A stretch of DNA of 64,000 nt from Promethearchaeota archaeon (GCA_048939995.1 JBHLOY010000004.1:32001-96000), one strand, 5' to 3'. Numbered from the stretch's first letter, positions 19,150-29,616 are shown. Notes: generated from the sequence alone by a model not told the origin. Numbers and translations: made by a program.

Positions 19150-19305
19150 CTTTTTAATAAACTGACCTAGTTCATTTTAATTGAATTAGCTTCTTTCAAG
19201 CTTAATTATTTAAGAAAAACAAATAAATTTAAATAAGAATAATTTGACTTTTCATGTAAGTTTAAGGATAAGATTAACTTCTCAGAAATTAGCGGGATAT
19301 TAATT

Positions 19306-19752
19306 ATGGTAAAAGATGCGCTTAAATTTTTCCATGCATATATTAATGAAATGATCGATCTTGGTGGAGAAAATCTTCCTAGAGCTGTTTCTACCAAATT
19401 AGGTTCCAAACTAGCCGATATAATTAAAGCAAAAGGATATATAGGTTTAGAGCCAGCTTTGAAACAAATCTATAAAGTTTTAGGGGCAAAAACTTCAATA
19501 AAGAAGATTGATGACCATTCATATGATATAGTTCTTAGATATTCTAAGAGATTCTGCCCAATTGGTGGAAAAAGAAATCCAAAACAAGCAAAAATTATTC
19601 AAAATAATCTTTGTATTCCATACACTAGAAGTTTTTTGAGTTCACTTCTTCCAAATTTCCTTTTTGAAGCTCATATTAAAGAGTGCATTCTTGATGAACA
19701 TAGTAATAGACATTGTAACTATCTTTTAGAAACAAAATTAAAAAATGAATAG
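19306..19752 (+). CDS. Hypothetical protein, V4R/methanogen-output-domain-like
   Basis: FCP...LCIPY...ECI.....C cysteine pattern. Confidence 0.5.
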   Translation: MVKDALKFFHAYINEMIDLGGENLPRAVSTKLGSKLADIIKAKGYIGLEPALKQIYKVLGAKTSIKKIDDHSYDIVLRYSKRFCPIGGKRNPKQAKIIQNNLCIPYTRSFLSSLLPNFLFEAHIKECILDEHSNRHCNYLLETKLKNE

Positions 19753-19792
19753 AAATCATTAATCTTTTATTTCTTGCTTTTTTATTCTAAAT

Positions 19793-20095
19793 GGGCAACT
19801 GGGGCATGCCTGAAGTCTCATGCTAGACGGACCGCAAAACGCTCCTAGCGGACATTGCCCGATTTAAGGTTCCATGAGTTTTTATTAGCCTGTATTGTAT
19901 TCCGGAGAAACTCTCCCCATGATGGCGGGTAACTAGGTGGTATCTTTTGTAGGAAAGGTATAAGCCTGCAATAACAAACCCGGCCAGGCCAGGGATGGAG
20001 CAGCCGTAAGTTGAGTTGTTCGCGCTTTATGGTAAGGGAGCGGAGGGATATGATATTTATGGTCCTAATAATTTGATTGGAGAGCAAGAATCGGG
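19793..20095 (+). ncRNA. ffs: Signal recognition particle RNA (7S/7SL type)
   Basis: GC-rich island of about 300 nt; helix 8 CGGC-CAGG-CCA-GGGA-UGG-AGCA-GCCG (19981-20006); helix 6 UAUCUUUU-GUAG-GAAAGGUA (19941-19960); CCCGAUU/AAUCGGG closure; ends approximate. Confidence 0.92.
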
Positions 20096-20103
20096 TTTTA
20101 AAT

Positions 20104-20274
20104 TCAAATCTTTTCTGCTTTTATCAAATCTTTTGTTAATTTTCTTTTAAGTATAGCAATGAATTCACTAGTATCAGGAAACACATAAGTAATACTATCG
20201 TCATCATCATCGTCTATCGATACGTCTTTAAAAAATCTACCTTTTACTTTTACATTCATATCATTTACAATCAT
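20104..20274 (-). CDS. Small acidic hypothetical protein (56 aa, not in ORF track)
   Basis: MIVNDMNVKVKGRFFKDVSIDDDDDDSITYVFPDTSEFIAILKRKLTKDLIKAEKI, fills the intergenic gap. Confidence 0.55.
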   Translation of the reverse strand: MIVNDMNVKVKGRFFKDVSIDDDDDDSITYVFPDTSEFIAILKRKLTKDLIKAEKI

Positions 20275-20395
20275 AGATCATAAGAAAAGGACCTCACTAC
20301 AAAAAATTGCATGATATGCTTATAATATAATAATAAAATTGAAATGAAGAAGATTCTAGAATTTAGTATTAACTAAAAAATTTAAGTAATAAAAA

Positions 20396-21499
20396 ATGTC
20401 TGAGGAAATAGTATACCTTAATCCTGAAACTCTTGAAAATTTCATGAGAGATGTCTTTATTGGGCTTGGTGTGCCCAAAGAGGATGCTAAAATAATCGCA
20501 GAAGTATTAATTACTTCTGACTTGCGCGGGATTGAGTCTCATGGAATTCAAAGATGTAAAATGTATTATGATCGAATAAAACAAGGAATATATGAGGTAA
20601 ATACTAAAATAGATATAATCAAAGATGGTCCAACAACTGCTTTATGGGATGGAAATAATGGGATGGGTCATGTAATCGCTTATAAAGCAATGAAGACGGC
20701 AATTACAAAGGCGAAGGAATATGGTTTGGGTGCTGTTGCTGTTAAGAATTCTAGCCACTTTGGCATAGCAGGGTTCTATAGCTTAATGGCTATTAAAGAG
20801 GGAATGATTGGATTAGCTGTAACTAATGCAAGACCATCAATTCCTCCTACATTTGGAGTAGAACCGATGTTAGGCACCAACCCCTTAACAGTGGGAGCTC
20901 CAACTGATGAGAATTTTCCATTTTTAATTGACTGTGCTACTTCTATAATACAGCGTGGAAAAGTTGAAGTTTATGCTAGAATTAATAAACCACTCCCAGA
21001 AAACACTGTAATAAATGATGAAGGAGAAATTATGACAGACCCAAATGAAGTATTAGAAGGAATGCTTCATAAGAAAGCCGCTTTATTACCTTTAGGTGGA
21101 AAGGGTGAAGAAACTGCAGGATATAAGGGATATGGATATGCAACTTTAGTGGAGTTACTATCAGCTGCATTACAAGAAGGAATTTTTCTAAGAGATACTT
21201 TAGGTATCGAAGTTGAGGGACAAAAGAGATTAAAAGTTGGTCATTTTTTTTTAGCAATTAATATATATAATTTTGCAGGTTTAGATTCCTTTAAAAAGAC
21301 GGCAGGTAAGATTATGCGAGACTTAAGGAGTGCTAAAAAAGATCCGGAAGCTAAAAGGATTTATACAGCGGGGGAAAAGGAATATAACAAAGAAATAGAA
21401 AGGAGAAAGACTGGAATACCTTTAAATAAAAGTCTTCAAGACGATATCAAAATCATGCAACAAGAGCAAGCTTTATACCAATATAAGTTTCCATTCTAA
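20396..21499 (+). CDS. Ldh2 family (malate/L-lactate/sulfolactate type 2) oxidoreductase, copy 1
   Basis: DLRGIESHG, NSSHFG.AG, GTNPL, YKGYG, GHFFLAI. Confidence 0.92.
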   Translation: MSEEIVYLNPETLENFMRDVFIGLGVPKEDAKIIAEVLITSDLRGIESHGIQRCKMYYDRIKQGIYEVNTKIDIIKDGPTTALWDGNNGMGHVIAYKAMKTAITKAKEYGLGAVAVKNSSHFGIAGFYSLMAIKEGMIGLAVTNARPSIPPTFGVEPMLGTNPLTVGAPTDENFPFLIDCATSIIQRGKVEVYARINKPLPENTVINDEGEIMTDPNEVLEGMLHKKAALLPLGGKGEETAGYKGYGYATLVELLSAALQEGIFLRDTLGIEVEGQKRLKVGHFFLAINIYNFAGLDSFKKTAGKIMRDLRSAKKDPEAKRIYTAGEKEYNKEIERRKTGIPLNKSLQDDIKIMQQEQALYQYKFPF

Positions 21500-21514
21500 T
21501 TTCTTTTATTCCCT

Positions 21515-22615
21515 TTATTTTACTTTCTTTTTCTCCTGCCATATATTTTCAATTAAATCTTCAACATTTAGAGGGGGAATATTTTGTTGCTCCTTCTTAC
21601 GTAAAGTGATAGCATCTGAAAGACATTCTAAAGTGCAGTTACCACACCCTATACATCTTTTTAGTTCTATTGATGAAATATTATTGACAAGAGTTATCGC
21701 ATCCATTTGACATCGATTTATGCAATTTCCACATCCAGTACATAAATCTTCATCAATTTCAGCATAATAGTTGCTAGTAGCGAAATCTGCTGGATTAGGA
21801 AGTTTTTTAAGACCTGCTATACCCCCACAACAGCAATAACAACAACTGCATACAAAATCCATGCGTTGGGAATTACCAGGTTGAAATATCAACCCCTCTT
21901 GTTCATTTTTTATCAAGAATTCAAGTGCTTCATCTTTATTAATTTCTCTATCCCAACCTTGTTCAATATACATCCGAGCTAAATCACCAAATCCCATACA
22001 CACTTCTCTACGTTGGGTCATTTGACATGGTTCATTTAGAAGATCTTGTTTTTGACGACACACACAGTTGATTATAACAAAAGGACCCTGTTCTTTTTCG
22101 AATAAGTTTTTTATATCATCAAATTTTGCAATCTTCTTTCCGAGATTTACATCTACTCCTATTGGTATTATACGCATTTGAGGAGTTTCTATCTTACTAT
22201 TTTCTGGACCCCATGCTTCTTGCAAATATTGATTTAAATCTTCAATAAATCCTTTAGTTAATTTATTGACTTGAAATTCATAAATGCCTAAAATCAAAAG
22301 AGCATTAGCATAAGATTTCACACCATCTTTAGTAACACCCATGATAGCACCTTTTCTTGCCATATTATCTAATAATTTCTCTATATCTTCAATAGAATGT
22401 TTCACACGTTCATATATGCTGTCTAAAGATTCAAAATCTCTTGCTGAACCAAAATGCCCAAACTTTAGTAAAGAAGCAACTTCTGCCTCTTCAGGTGTAA
22501 ATAAGCGTTTTAATAAACGAATTTCCACGCTTGATTCAGTAGCTGGAAATCCTATTGGAAATTGATCAAAATGCTTCTGTAATCGTCTAAACACATCTTC
22601 AGTCATTTTTATCAC
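21515..22615 (-). CDS. 4Fe-4S dicluster domain protein
   Basis: CVCR...C...C, CSCCYCCC, CTGCGNCINRC and CIGCGNCTLEC. Confidence 0.88.
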   Translation of the reverse strand: MIKMTEDVFRRLQKHFDQFPIGFPATESSVEIRLLKRLFTPEEAEVASLLKFGHFGSARDFESLDSIYERVKHSIEDIEKLLDNMARKGAIMGVTKDGVKSYANALLILGIYEFQVNKLTKGFIEDLNQYLQEAWGPENSKIETPQMRIIPIGVDVNLGKKIAKFDDIKNLFEKEQGPFVIINCVCRQKQDLLNEPCQMTQRREVCMGFGDLARMYIEQGWDREINKDEALEFLIKNEQEGLIFQPGNSQRMDFVCSCCYCCCGGIAGLKKLPNPADFATSNYYAEIDEDLCTGCGNCINRCQMDAITLVNNISSIELKRCIGCGNCTLECLSDAITLRKKEQQNIPPLNVEDLIENIWQEKKKVK

Positions 22616-22749
22616 AATTTTATTATTTTTTTAAGATCAAAAAGTATTTTAAACTTGTCTAATCCTAATTCTCACCTTATCTTAAATAGGATTTTAATTA
22701 AATAGAAAGAATATAAAATAAATATCATCACCAAATTTTTGATGATCAG

Positions 22750-23892
22750 ATGTATACTACTGACGCCAGTGAAAACGATTCGAAAATTGACTTTGATGGT
22801 ACAGTCTATATAAATCACAAATTATTGAAACATTTCATCAGAGATGTATTTTTTAAGTTAGGAGCTCCTAAAAAACATGCTGAAATTGTATCTGATGTTT
22901 TAATCGCTTCTGATCTACGAGGTATTGAGTCTCATGGTATTCAGAGATTAAGGACTTATTATGAGAGGATTAAACAGGGCATTTATAAAACAAAAACCAA
23001 AATAAAATTAATTAAAAACACTCCAACCACAGCAGTTATTGATGGAGGATTTGGATTAGGACCAGTAATTGCATACAAATCAATGAAAATAGCAATAAAA
23101 AAAGCTAAAAAGTATGGTCTAGGGGCTGTTGCCGTACGTAACTCTAGTCACTTCGGGATTGCTGGATACTATTCCCTTATGGCAATAAAAGAAGGGATGA
23201 TTGGAATTACAACGACAAATACCAGACCAATGGTTCCTCCAACGTTTGGAGTCGAACCCTTATTAGGTACAAATCCTCTAACTATGGGTGCTCCAACTGA
23301 TGAAAAAATCCCTTTTGTGATTGATTGTGCTACTTCAATCATACAAAGAGGAAAGGTTGAGGTATATAATAGACTACATAAATCACTTCCAACTGGATTG
23401 ATAATTACTAAAAATGGGCGAATTGAGGATAATCCGGAAGAAGTTCTGCATGATTTAGATGAAGCTTCAGCAGCCTTATTACCATTGGGAGGAAAGGGAG
23501 AAAGTACTTCTGGACATAAAGGATACGGCTATGCCACATTTGTTGAAATTCTCTCATCTGCATTACAAGAGGGCAACTTTTTAAAAGAAAATGCTGGAAT
23601 TTATAAAGATAACCAAAAAAGATTGCCAGTAGGACACTTCTTTTTAGCAATTAATATTGAGAATTTTATGGGGTTAAACTCTTTTAATAAAACAACTGGT
23701 GATATTATGAGGACTTTAAGAAATTCCAAAAAAGAACCTGGAGCCGATAAAATTTATACTGCTGGTGAAAAAGAATATAATAATGAAGTTAGGATAACAA
23801 AGACTGGAATCTCACTGAATAAAAGCCTTCAGGAGGATGTTAAATATATAAAGAACGAATTAGGATTAGAAAAATATGAGTTTAATTTTTAA
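22750..23892 (+). CDS. Ldh2 family oxidoreductase, copy 2
   Basis: Same motifs as 20396-21499; close paralog. Confidence 0.92.
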   Translation: MYTTDASENDSKIDFDGTVYINHKLLKHFIRDVFFKLGAPKKHAEIVSDVLIASDLRGIESHGIQRLRTYYERIKQGIYKTKTKIKLIKNTPTTAVIDGGFGLGPVIAYKSMKIAIKKAKKYGLGAVAVRNSSHFGIAGYYSLMAIKEGMIGITTTNTRPMVPPTFGVEPLLGTNPLTMGAPTDEKIPFVIDCATSIIQRGKVEVYNRLHKSLPTGLIITKNGRIEDNPEEVLHDLDEASAALLPLGGKGESTSGHKGYGYATFVEILSSALQEGNFLKENAGIYKDNQKRLPVGHFFLAINIENFMGLNSFNKTTGDIMRTLRNSKKEPGADKIYTAGEKEYNNEVRITKTGISLNKSLQEDVKYIKNELGLEKYEFNF

Positions 23893-25328
23893 AATATAAT
23901 TCCGTCTTTACGACCTTTTAAAGGCTCTGAATGAAAAACAATTTCATTCAAATTTTTAATTTTAATGGTTTTAATAACCTTTTTCTCTAGTTTAGTAATA
24001 ATTTTATGAACCATAGAAATATTTAAATTTCCATCAAAAAAAATATGCAACTCGAGAATGCAAAAATCTGGGGTTGACCACAATTCAAATCCGTGATAAC
24101 CCTTAACTTCTGGTTGAGTCTTTAAAATTGCCTCAATTTTCTCTTGAATAACTTGTAATTCGTCTTGACTAAATCTTTTACATACCAATTGTTTGGTGGA
24201 TAAGCCAGCTAATTCCCTTGATTCAATATGCGTAATTACTCGAGAAATAAGAGGTTCTTCTCTTTTCAATTCCTTTTCAAAATTATTACAAATTTCATGG
24301 GCAGCATTAAGAGATAAATCCTGATTGATTACAATGGTTATTGAAAGGAAATATACGTCTTCGATGCTAAAAACGTTTAAATCTTTAAATTCGAGAATTT
24401 CATGAAATTCACTTTTCATTGAAGGAAGTAAATTAATAATCTTTTCACCCATTGATATTTCCCCTCCAAGTGGATTCATTTCTATAATACTTTCAACCTT
24501 ATAAGGAGGAAAATAGGACTTACACATTGAACTTATTGCTTTAGTAATTTCATTAGCATGGACTATCGAAATATGATCTTCAACAGAAAGCCGAACATCG
24601 ATAAAAAGCTGATTCCCACTAGCACGTACCTTTAAATCCTCAACAGCATTAACGTGTTCTAGCTTAAATATTTTCTCTCTTATTTCTTCTATAATGTGAG
24701 AGCTAACAGGGTTAACATCAGCAAGATCTATTATTCCCTTTCTTAAGAGTATGATTGCACTCAAAATAATCCATATTGATAGTACTATACTAAAAACAGG
24801 ATCTAGGAATGTAATATTCAAAAATAATACTAAGATAAAACTTATGATTACTATTATAGCTCTTAAGGAATCTTGAAATAAATTTAATCCTTGTACTTGC
24901 AGAGATAGGCTCTTTCTTTTCCTTCCTTGCCAGATTAAAATTCTAGAATAAACAATGTTAATTAAAAAGGAAATAACAAGAATTTGGAAACCAAAACCTG
25001 GATTGTTGACGCTATAAGATTGTTCTATAATTACTTGAATTGCATTAATTATTAAAAAAAAATATGTTGTTATGAGGAAGACCCCTTGGATCATTGCCCC
25101 AATTGAATCCAACTTAGAGTGTCCATACATGTGTTCATAATCTGGTGGACGTTGACTAAAATAAATAGAAAAAATCGTCAAAAAGACAAAAAAGATATCA
25201 GATAAGGTATCTACAGTTTCGGATAAAAAGCTCAAACTCCCAGTAATTATTACACCTAATATCTTCAAGCTAGATTGGAGTAAAATAATTAAGAAAGCAC
25301 TTATTCCAAATTTTAGTTTTATATCCAT
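23889..25328 (-). CDS. Cation diffusion facilitator with three C-terminal dimerisation-type domains
   Basis: TM core with PPDYEHMYGHSK; repeated S(I/L)..(A/V)H.I...HxE units. Confidence 0.88.
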   Translation of the reverse strand: MDIKLKFGISAFLIILLQSSLKILGVIITGSLSFLSETVDTLSDIFFVFLTIFSIYFSQRPPDYEHMYGHSKLDSIGAMIQGVFLITTYFFLIINAIQVIIEQSYSVNNPGFGFQILVISFLINIVYSRILIWQGRKRKSLSLQVQGLNLFQDSLRAIIVIISFILVLFLNITFLDPVFSIVLSIWIILSAIILLRKGIIDLADVNPVSSHIIEEIREKIFKLEHVNAVEDLKVRASGNQLFIDVRLSVEDHISIVHANEITKAISSMCKSYFPPYKVESIIEMNPLGGEISMGEKIINLLPSMKSEFHEILEFKDLNVFSIEDVYFLSITIVINQDLSLNAAHEICNNFEKELKREEPLISRVITHIESRELAGLSTKQLVCKRFSQDELQVIQEKIEAILKTQPEVKGYHGFELWSTPDFCILELHIFFDGNLNISMVHKIITKLEKKVIKTIKIKNLNEIVFHSEPLKGRKDGIIF

Positions 25329-25572
25329 TGTTGAAATGACTTTCTTTAGGTTGGAAGATTAAAACTATTGAATTAAGTATTTAAAATAAATTTTACTTAA
25401 TAAATGAAAAGATTAGGGTGGTCATAGATTAAATTTTACCTTTACAATTGCCTTGGCACTACTATTTTGAGGCCAGAGATTGGATAAGGAGAACAAGGAT
25501 GGAAAAATTTGAACTTTTTATCTGCATTTCGCCTCCAATCTGATACTGGAACAATATAGATATTCCCCTTGA

Positions 25573-25677
25573 TTAGGAGGGATCGACAGAAACCGCATTC
25601 TCCTGGACTAATAAACCTCCATTACCTGCCCCAATTATCACCACATCATAACTATCATCAATAATTTGCTTGTTCAT
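25573..25677 (-). pseudogene. N-terminal remnant of an FAD-dependent oxidoreductase
   Basis: MNKQIIDDSYDVVIIGAGNGGL then stop after 34 aa. Confidence 0.65.
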
Positions 25678-25755
25678 TCAGTCATCCCAATTCCTATTAA
25701 TTGATCTTAAAAGTAAAGCACATTATAATAAATTAATTCAAAACATAAAATAAGA

Positions 25756-26211
25756 TTGAAAATGGATACATTAGAAGAAATTGGGAGAAAATGGTTTGAA
25801 GTTGTATGGAGTAATCCTGATTTTGATTTAGCTGATGAAATTGTAGACTCAAAATATAATCCCAGTTGGATTCATATAGATAAAGTAGGGCCATCTCAAG
25901 TAAAGCATGAAATAAAATATTTTAGATCAATTTTTCCAGACTTAAATTATAAAATAGTTGAAATGGTTACTCAAAAAGATAAGGTTTGGGTTCGATATCA
26001 AGGTCATGGAACACACAAGGGAACTGGATGGGGCTTTAAACCTACTAATAAAAAAGTTCAATTTGAAGGGGCAACGATTTTATATGTAAACTCAGAAGGA
26101 AAAATATATGATCGATGGGGTGCATTTTGTTTTTACGATATTTTTGAAGAATTAGGTGTTATTCCCCCTTTTTATGAATTACATAAATACTTTGTAGATT
26201 ATAATCGATAA
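25756..26211 (+). CDS. SnoaL-like ester cyclase (NTF2 fold)
   Basis: FPDL...DKVWVRY..GTHKG...PTNKKV...GKI. Confidence 0.85.
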   Translation: MKMDTLEEIGRKWFEVVWSNPDFDLADEIVDSKYNPSWIHIDKVGPSQVKHEIKYFRSIFPDLNYKIVEMVTQKDKVWVRYQGHGTHKGTGWGFKPTNKKVQFEGATILYVNSEGKIYDRWGAFCFYDIFEELGVIPPFYELHKYFVDYNR

Positions 26212-26222
26212 AAATAACATCT

Positions 26223-27110
26223 TTATTTCTTAGCTGGCGAAGCATAGCAATAGTGGCAATTATGAATACAACGAAAAATTCCTGTATAACCGCCGATATC
26301 TTTTGATTTATAACATCCACAACTTTTCCTTTGGCCTGAATCCTTTATTTTTGGAGTGATCTCTCCTACAATTTTATCAATTTTATAAGCATCGATACAA
26401 TGTGCTTGTTCAATTCCGTTTATGTCAAGCAAATCTGGTTGACAGCATGCTAGCATTTTTACCTCATATTTATGACAGATATCTAATAATTCATGTAATA
26501 TTTGTATTTTCTTTTTAATTGGAGGATCGATTGGAATAAAACCTCTTGACATCATCCTATATTTTACTTTTGAATAGATTGTTGCAAAAGAAAAAATCAT
26601 TTCATCAAGCCCTATAGATGAAATACTTTTGATAATATATTCAAACTTATCTAGATTGTTTTTAAGAGGTTCTGACCCTTTTTTTTTATAAAATATTATT
26701 GGATCAAATCTAAAATTTACTGCTATCTTTCCAAAATTCTCTAACAGCCACTTTAATTGGTTAAATCTCTCTTCTAAAGAAATTTTAATATTACCTTCTA
26801 ATTCGGATGGTGAATTGATTGTAAATTGAAAAGAATGTCCTTTATATAACTTAAAAAGATGTAGGTATTTTTTGTATACTTTGATCCAACTATAGAAGTT
26901 TTTACTCCACCAAACCCAACACTTTACATGCTCTGGTTTCAAGGATACACGATATATTTGACTTCTATTGAAGGGATTTATAACATCAACATATCCAGCT
27001 TTTATTTTTCCAATGACCCAATCCATCAAAAATGCTGGAACATCTGTTCTTCTCGAGCAGGATATGATTGGTGACTTAACAATTTTGAGTTCATCTACTT
27101 GAGCCTTAAC
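26223..27110 (-). CDS. DUF1848 family protein; true start upstream of ORF-track 27029
   Basis: In-frame upstream IISCSRRTDVPAF; RFDPII, QRKSCGC.KS.DIG, C.HNC.YCYA; start uncertain. Confidence 0.85.
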   Translation of the reverse strand, partial: VKAQVDELKIVKSPIISCSRRTDVPAFLMDWVIGKIKAGYVDVINPFNRSQIYRVSLKPEHVKCWVWWSKNFYSWIKVYKKYLHLFKLYKGHSFQFTINSPSELEGNIKISLEERFNQLKWLLENFGKIAVNFRFDPIIFYKKKGSEPLKNNLDKFEYIIKSISSIGLDEMIFSFATIYSKVKYRMMSRGFIPIDPPIKKKIQILHELLDICHKYEVKMLACCQPDLLDINGIEQAHCIDAYKIDKIVGEITPKIKDSGQRKSCGCYKSKDIGGYTGIFRCIHNCHYCYASPAKK

Positions 27111-27156
27111 CTTCCGTCACTCTTTGCATAATTAATAATAATAATTCAAATGTTAT

Positions 27157-27489
27157 TTACCAACCTCCTAAACTAAAAAAAATAAATAATCCAATAATTG
27201 GTAAAAATGATACAAATAACAAGAAGAAGCCAAATCCAATTAGAATCTTAAAAATCGACTGCAATGCTTGAGGTTTTAATGTATGTCCTATTGATACCCC
27301 AATATAACTAAATATCATCCCAATAACAGCGAAAGGAGCAATATATAATAAGCCTTGGCCGTTAGGGGTATTATAATTAACAATAATAAACGTTATCCCG
27401 ATTACGTAAAGGCTAAATGCGATTATACACAAAATAAAGGTCCTTTTATATTGACTCAGTTTTGGGACTGAATCTTCTTTTTCAATCAT
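27157..27489 (-). CDS. Three-TM hypothetical membrane protein
   Basis: Three hydrophobic segments. Confidence 0.6.
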   Translation of the reverse strand: MIEKEDSVPKLSQYKRTFILCIIAFSLYVIGITFIIVNYNTPNGQGLLYIAPFAVIGMIFSYIGVSIGHTLKPQALQSIFKILIGFGFFLLFVSFLPIIGLFIFFSLGGW

Positions 27490-27615
27490 TAGCTATTAAA
27501 TAGGTCAAGGATATATTTAAAATTTTAATATTATAGTTTACTTTTGGATACTAATTATTAAATTTAGGTAGAAAATACATCTAAAGTTTAAAAGCAATTG
27601 AAATAGATGGCAAAT

Positions 27616-29499
27616 TTAGTATATATCTTTTAAAACAAATTCTAAATCTAAGCTTTTTAAAGTTTCTTTTAGAGGATAACCATTCTCGGGATTCCATCCT
27701 ATTACTTCACAAAAATTTTTATAATCTTCTCTGAAATCAACTGTTTTTCCTTTATGTGGTCCAGTTTCGAAAGGAGGGTCACCTACTGCTCGTCCCGGAA
27801 GGTTGTTATTTACCATAATTACACCCTCTCGGATTGTAAATGCTTGACGTAAGGAGTGGATACGATATCCAACTTCTAGGATTTCCTCAATTGAGAGATC
27901 CCAACCAACTACAGAACTTATTGCTTCCTTTAATGGATATTTTTGATAAAAATTTAAGAATTCACATAGTCCTAAGGCATTTGTAGCTTGTTTTAACCCA
28001 ACAGCCATTTTTTGAGCAACAGCCCTATCCTCACTACCAACTCGTTTCCATCTTTTAGGTAAACTTAAACCGTCAATCAATCCATTAGGTTTAATCAATG
28101 GTCCAATAGCCATTAGATCGATACTGGGAGAAGTATGCTTACCTGGAGTTGGGTCAAAAGCATAACTAATACCCATTGATTTAAAGAATTTTGGATCATG
28201 CATACCTAGTTCCTGACCCATGGAATGTATGGCGTATTTTTCACTTTCCTTGCCTAAACGTTTAGAAGCTCTGTAGCAACCATCAGCTAAAAGATCGCCA
28301 AATCCTTCTCTCTTTATTATTTTCTTACTTAATTCTATTATTGCTTTAGAATTTCCCCAATTCAATTCCAGACCGTCAGTTTGACTTTTGTTAATAATCC
28401 CATTTTCATAGCATTCAATTGCGAATGCAATAGTACCACCAATCGAGATAGTGTCTATTCCTGCTCTATTGCATAAATCATTAATTTGAAAAATCGATAA
28501 TTTATCATCATTAAGCAAAAGAACTCCCAATGAAGCACAAGTCTCATATTCAGGTATATGGCTTTCTTCAAGGTTAAGTTCTGGCACTTTAACAATACCT
28601 CCACATTGAACAGAACAGGAAAAACAACCATATTCTCTGATCTTATACTTATTTAATTCTATGCCCCCTATTTTTCTTACTCTCTCTATTTGAAAGTCAT
28701 CATTAGTATTTCCCCCCCAATTTTTAACTGGAGCGTCACCTGATTGAGTAGAAGCTTCAGTTAAACCACTTGTACCCAATGTTTTATAAACAGTTATAGT
28801 GCCAAGTCCAGAATTATTTATTCCCTCATTATATTTTTGAGTAATAGATATTAAAGGCTCTCTATTTGCAACTGGAACTTTATTATTCCCTTTAAGAACT
28901 ATAGCTTTCAAATTTTTAGCCCCCATAATAGCTCCTAATCCACATCTTGCTGCAATTCTTCCTTTATCAGTCACAATTCCTGAGATTAAGGATTGCTTTT
29001 CACCAGCTAACCCAATACATGATATTTGAACACTTCCATGTTTATCTTTTAGCTTTTTGTCAGTTTCCACTGTATCTAAACCCCAGATACCATTAGCATC
29101 TTGAATCTCTTTTTGATCATTTATGATTGAGATATACTTTGGTGTGTTAGAAGCACCTGTTATTAATATTCCATCGTACCCACACTTTTTTATCTCTGGA
29201 CCAAAGAACCCCCCTGAATTAGCATCTCCCCAGGTTCCTGTTAGTGGTGACTTACCTGCAGTCATATATCTCCCACTTAAAGGTGTTATCGTACCTGTAA
29301 GCAAGCCTGGAAAAAAGCCTAGAATTGATTTAGGAGATAGAGGATCTATTTTTGGAGGAAGATGGTCGTATATTAATTTGCATGCTAACCCATATCCACC
29401 AAAAAATTGTCTATATATATCCTCTCCAAGTTTTTCTTCATTAAAGGAATCATTATCCAGATCAATCCATAAAATCTTACCAAAGAATCCATTTGACAT
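27616..29499 (-). CDS. aor: Tungsten-type aldehyde:ferredoxin oxidoreductase
   Basis: KSPLTG, N.GG.FG, AARCGLGAIMGAKNLKAI, CFSCSVQC, PEYET, DTIS.G. Confidence 0.92.
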   Translation of the reverse strand: MSNGFFGKILWIDLDNDSFNEEKLGEDIYRQFFGGYGLACKLIYDHLPPKIDPLSPKSILGFFPGLLTGTITPLSGRYMTAGKSPLTGTWGDANSGGFFGPEIKKCGYDGILITGASNTPKYISIINDQKEIQDANGIWGLDTVETDKKLKDKHGSVQISCIGLAGEKQSLISGIVTDKGRIAARCGLGAIMGAKNLKAIVLKGNNKVPVANREPLISITQKYNEGINNSGLGTITVYKTLGTSGLTEASTQSGDAPVKNWGGNTNDDFQIERVRKIGGIELNKYKIREYGCFSCSVQCGGIVKVPELNLEESHIPEYETCASLGVLLLNDDKLSIFQINDLCNRAGIDTISIGGTIAFAIECYENGIINKSQTDGLELNWGNSKAIIELSKKIIKREGFGDLLADGCYRASKRLGKESEKYAIHSMGQELGMHDPKFFKSMGISYAFDPTPGKHTSPSIDLMAIGPLIKPNGLIDGLSLPKRWKRVGSEDRAVAQKMAVGLKQATNALGLCEFLNFYQKYPLKEAISSVVGWDLSIEEILEVGYRIHSLRQAFTIREGVIMVNNNLPGRAVGDPPFETGPHKGKTVDFREDYKNFCEVIGWNPENGYPLKETLKSLDLEFVLKDIY

Positions 29500-29616
29500 T
29501 TATGTAAACGCTCTTTAATTATAATTATATAAATAATAATTATTCTCTGATTTAATTTATAAATGTTTATGAGGCAAAACCAACGCTTCTAATCTAAGTG
29601 GAAAAAGTTGCTTTAA

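Noticed and set aside
19845-20087. 80-aa minus-strand ORF
   Set aside because: Antisense to the SRP RNA; open only because the region is GC-rich
27117-27134. C-K-E-TGA (CxxU-like) in frame upstream of DUF1848
   Set aside because: No start codon between it and the TAA at 27132-34, the TGA is part of an SD-like GAGTGA, and no SECIS was seen downstream
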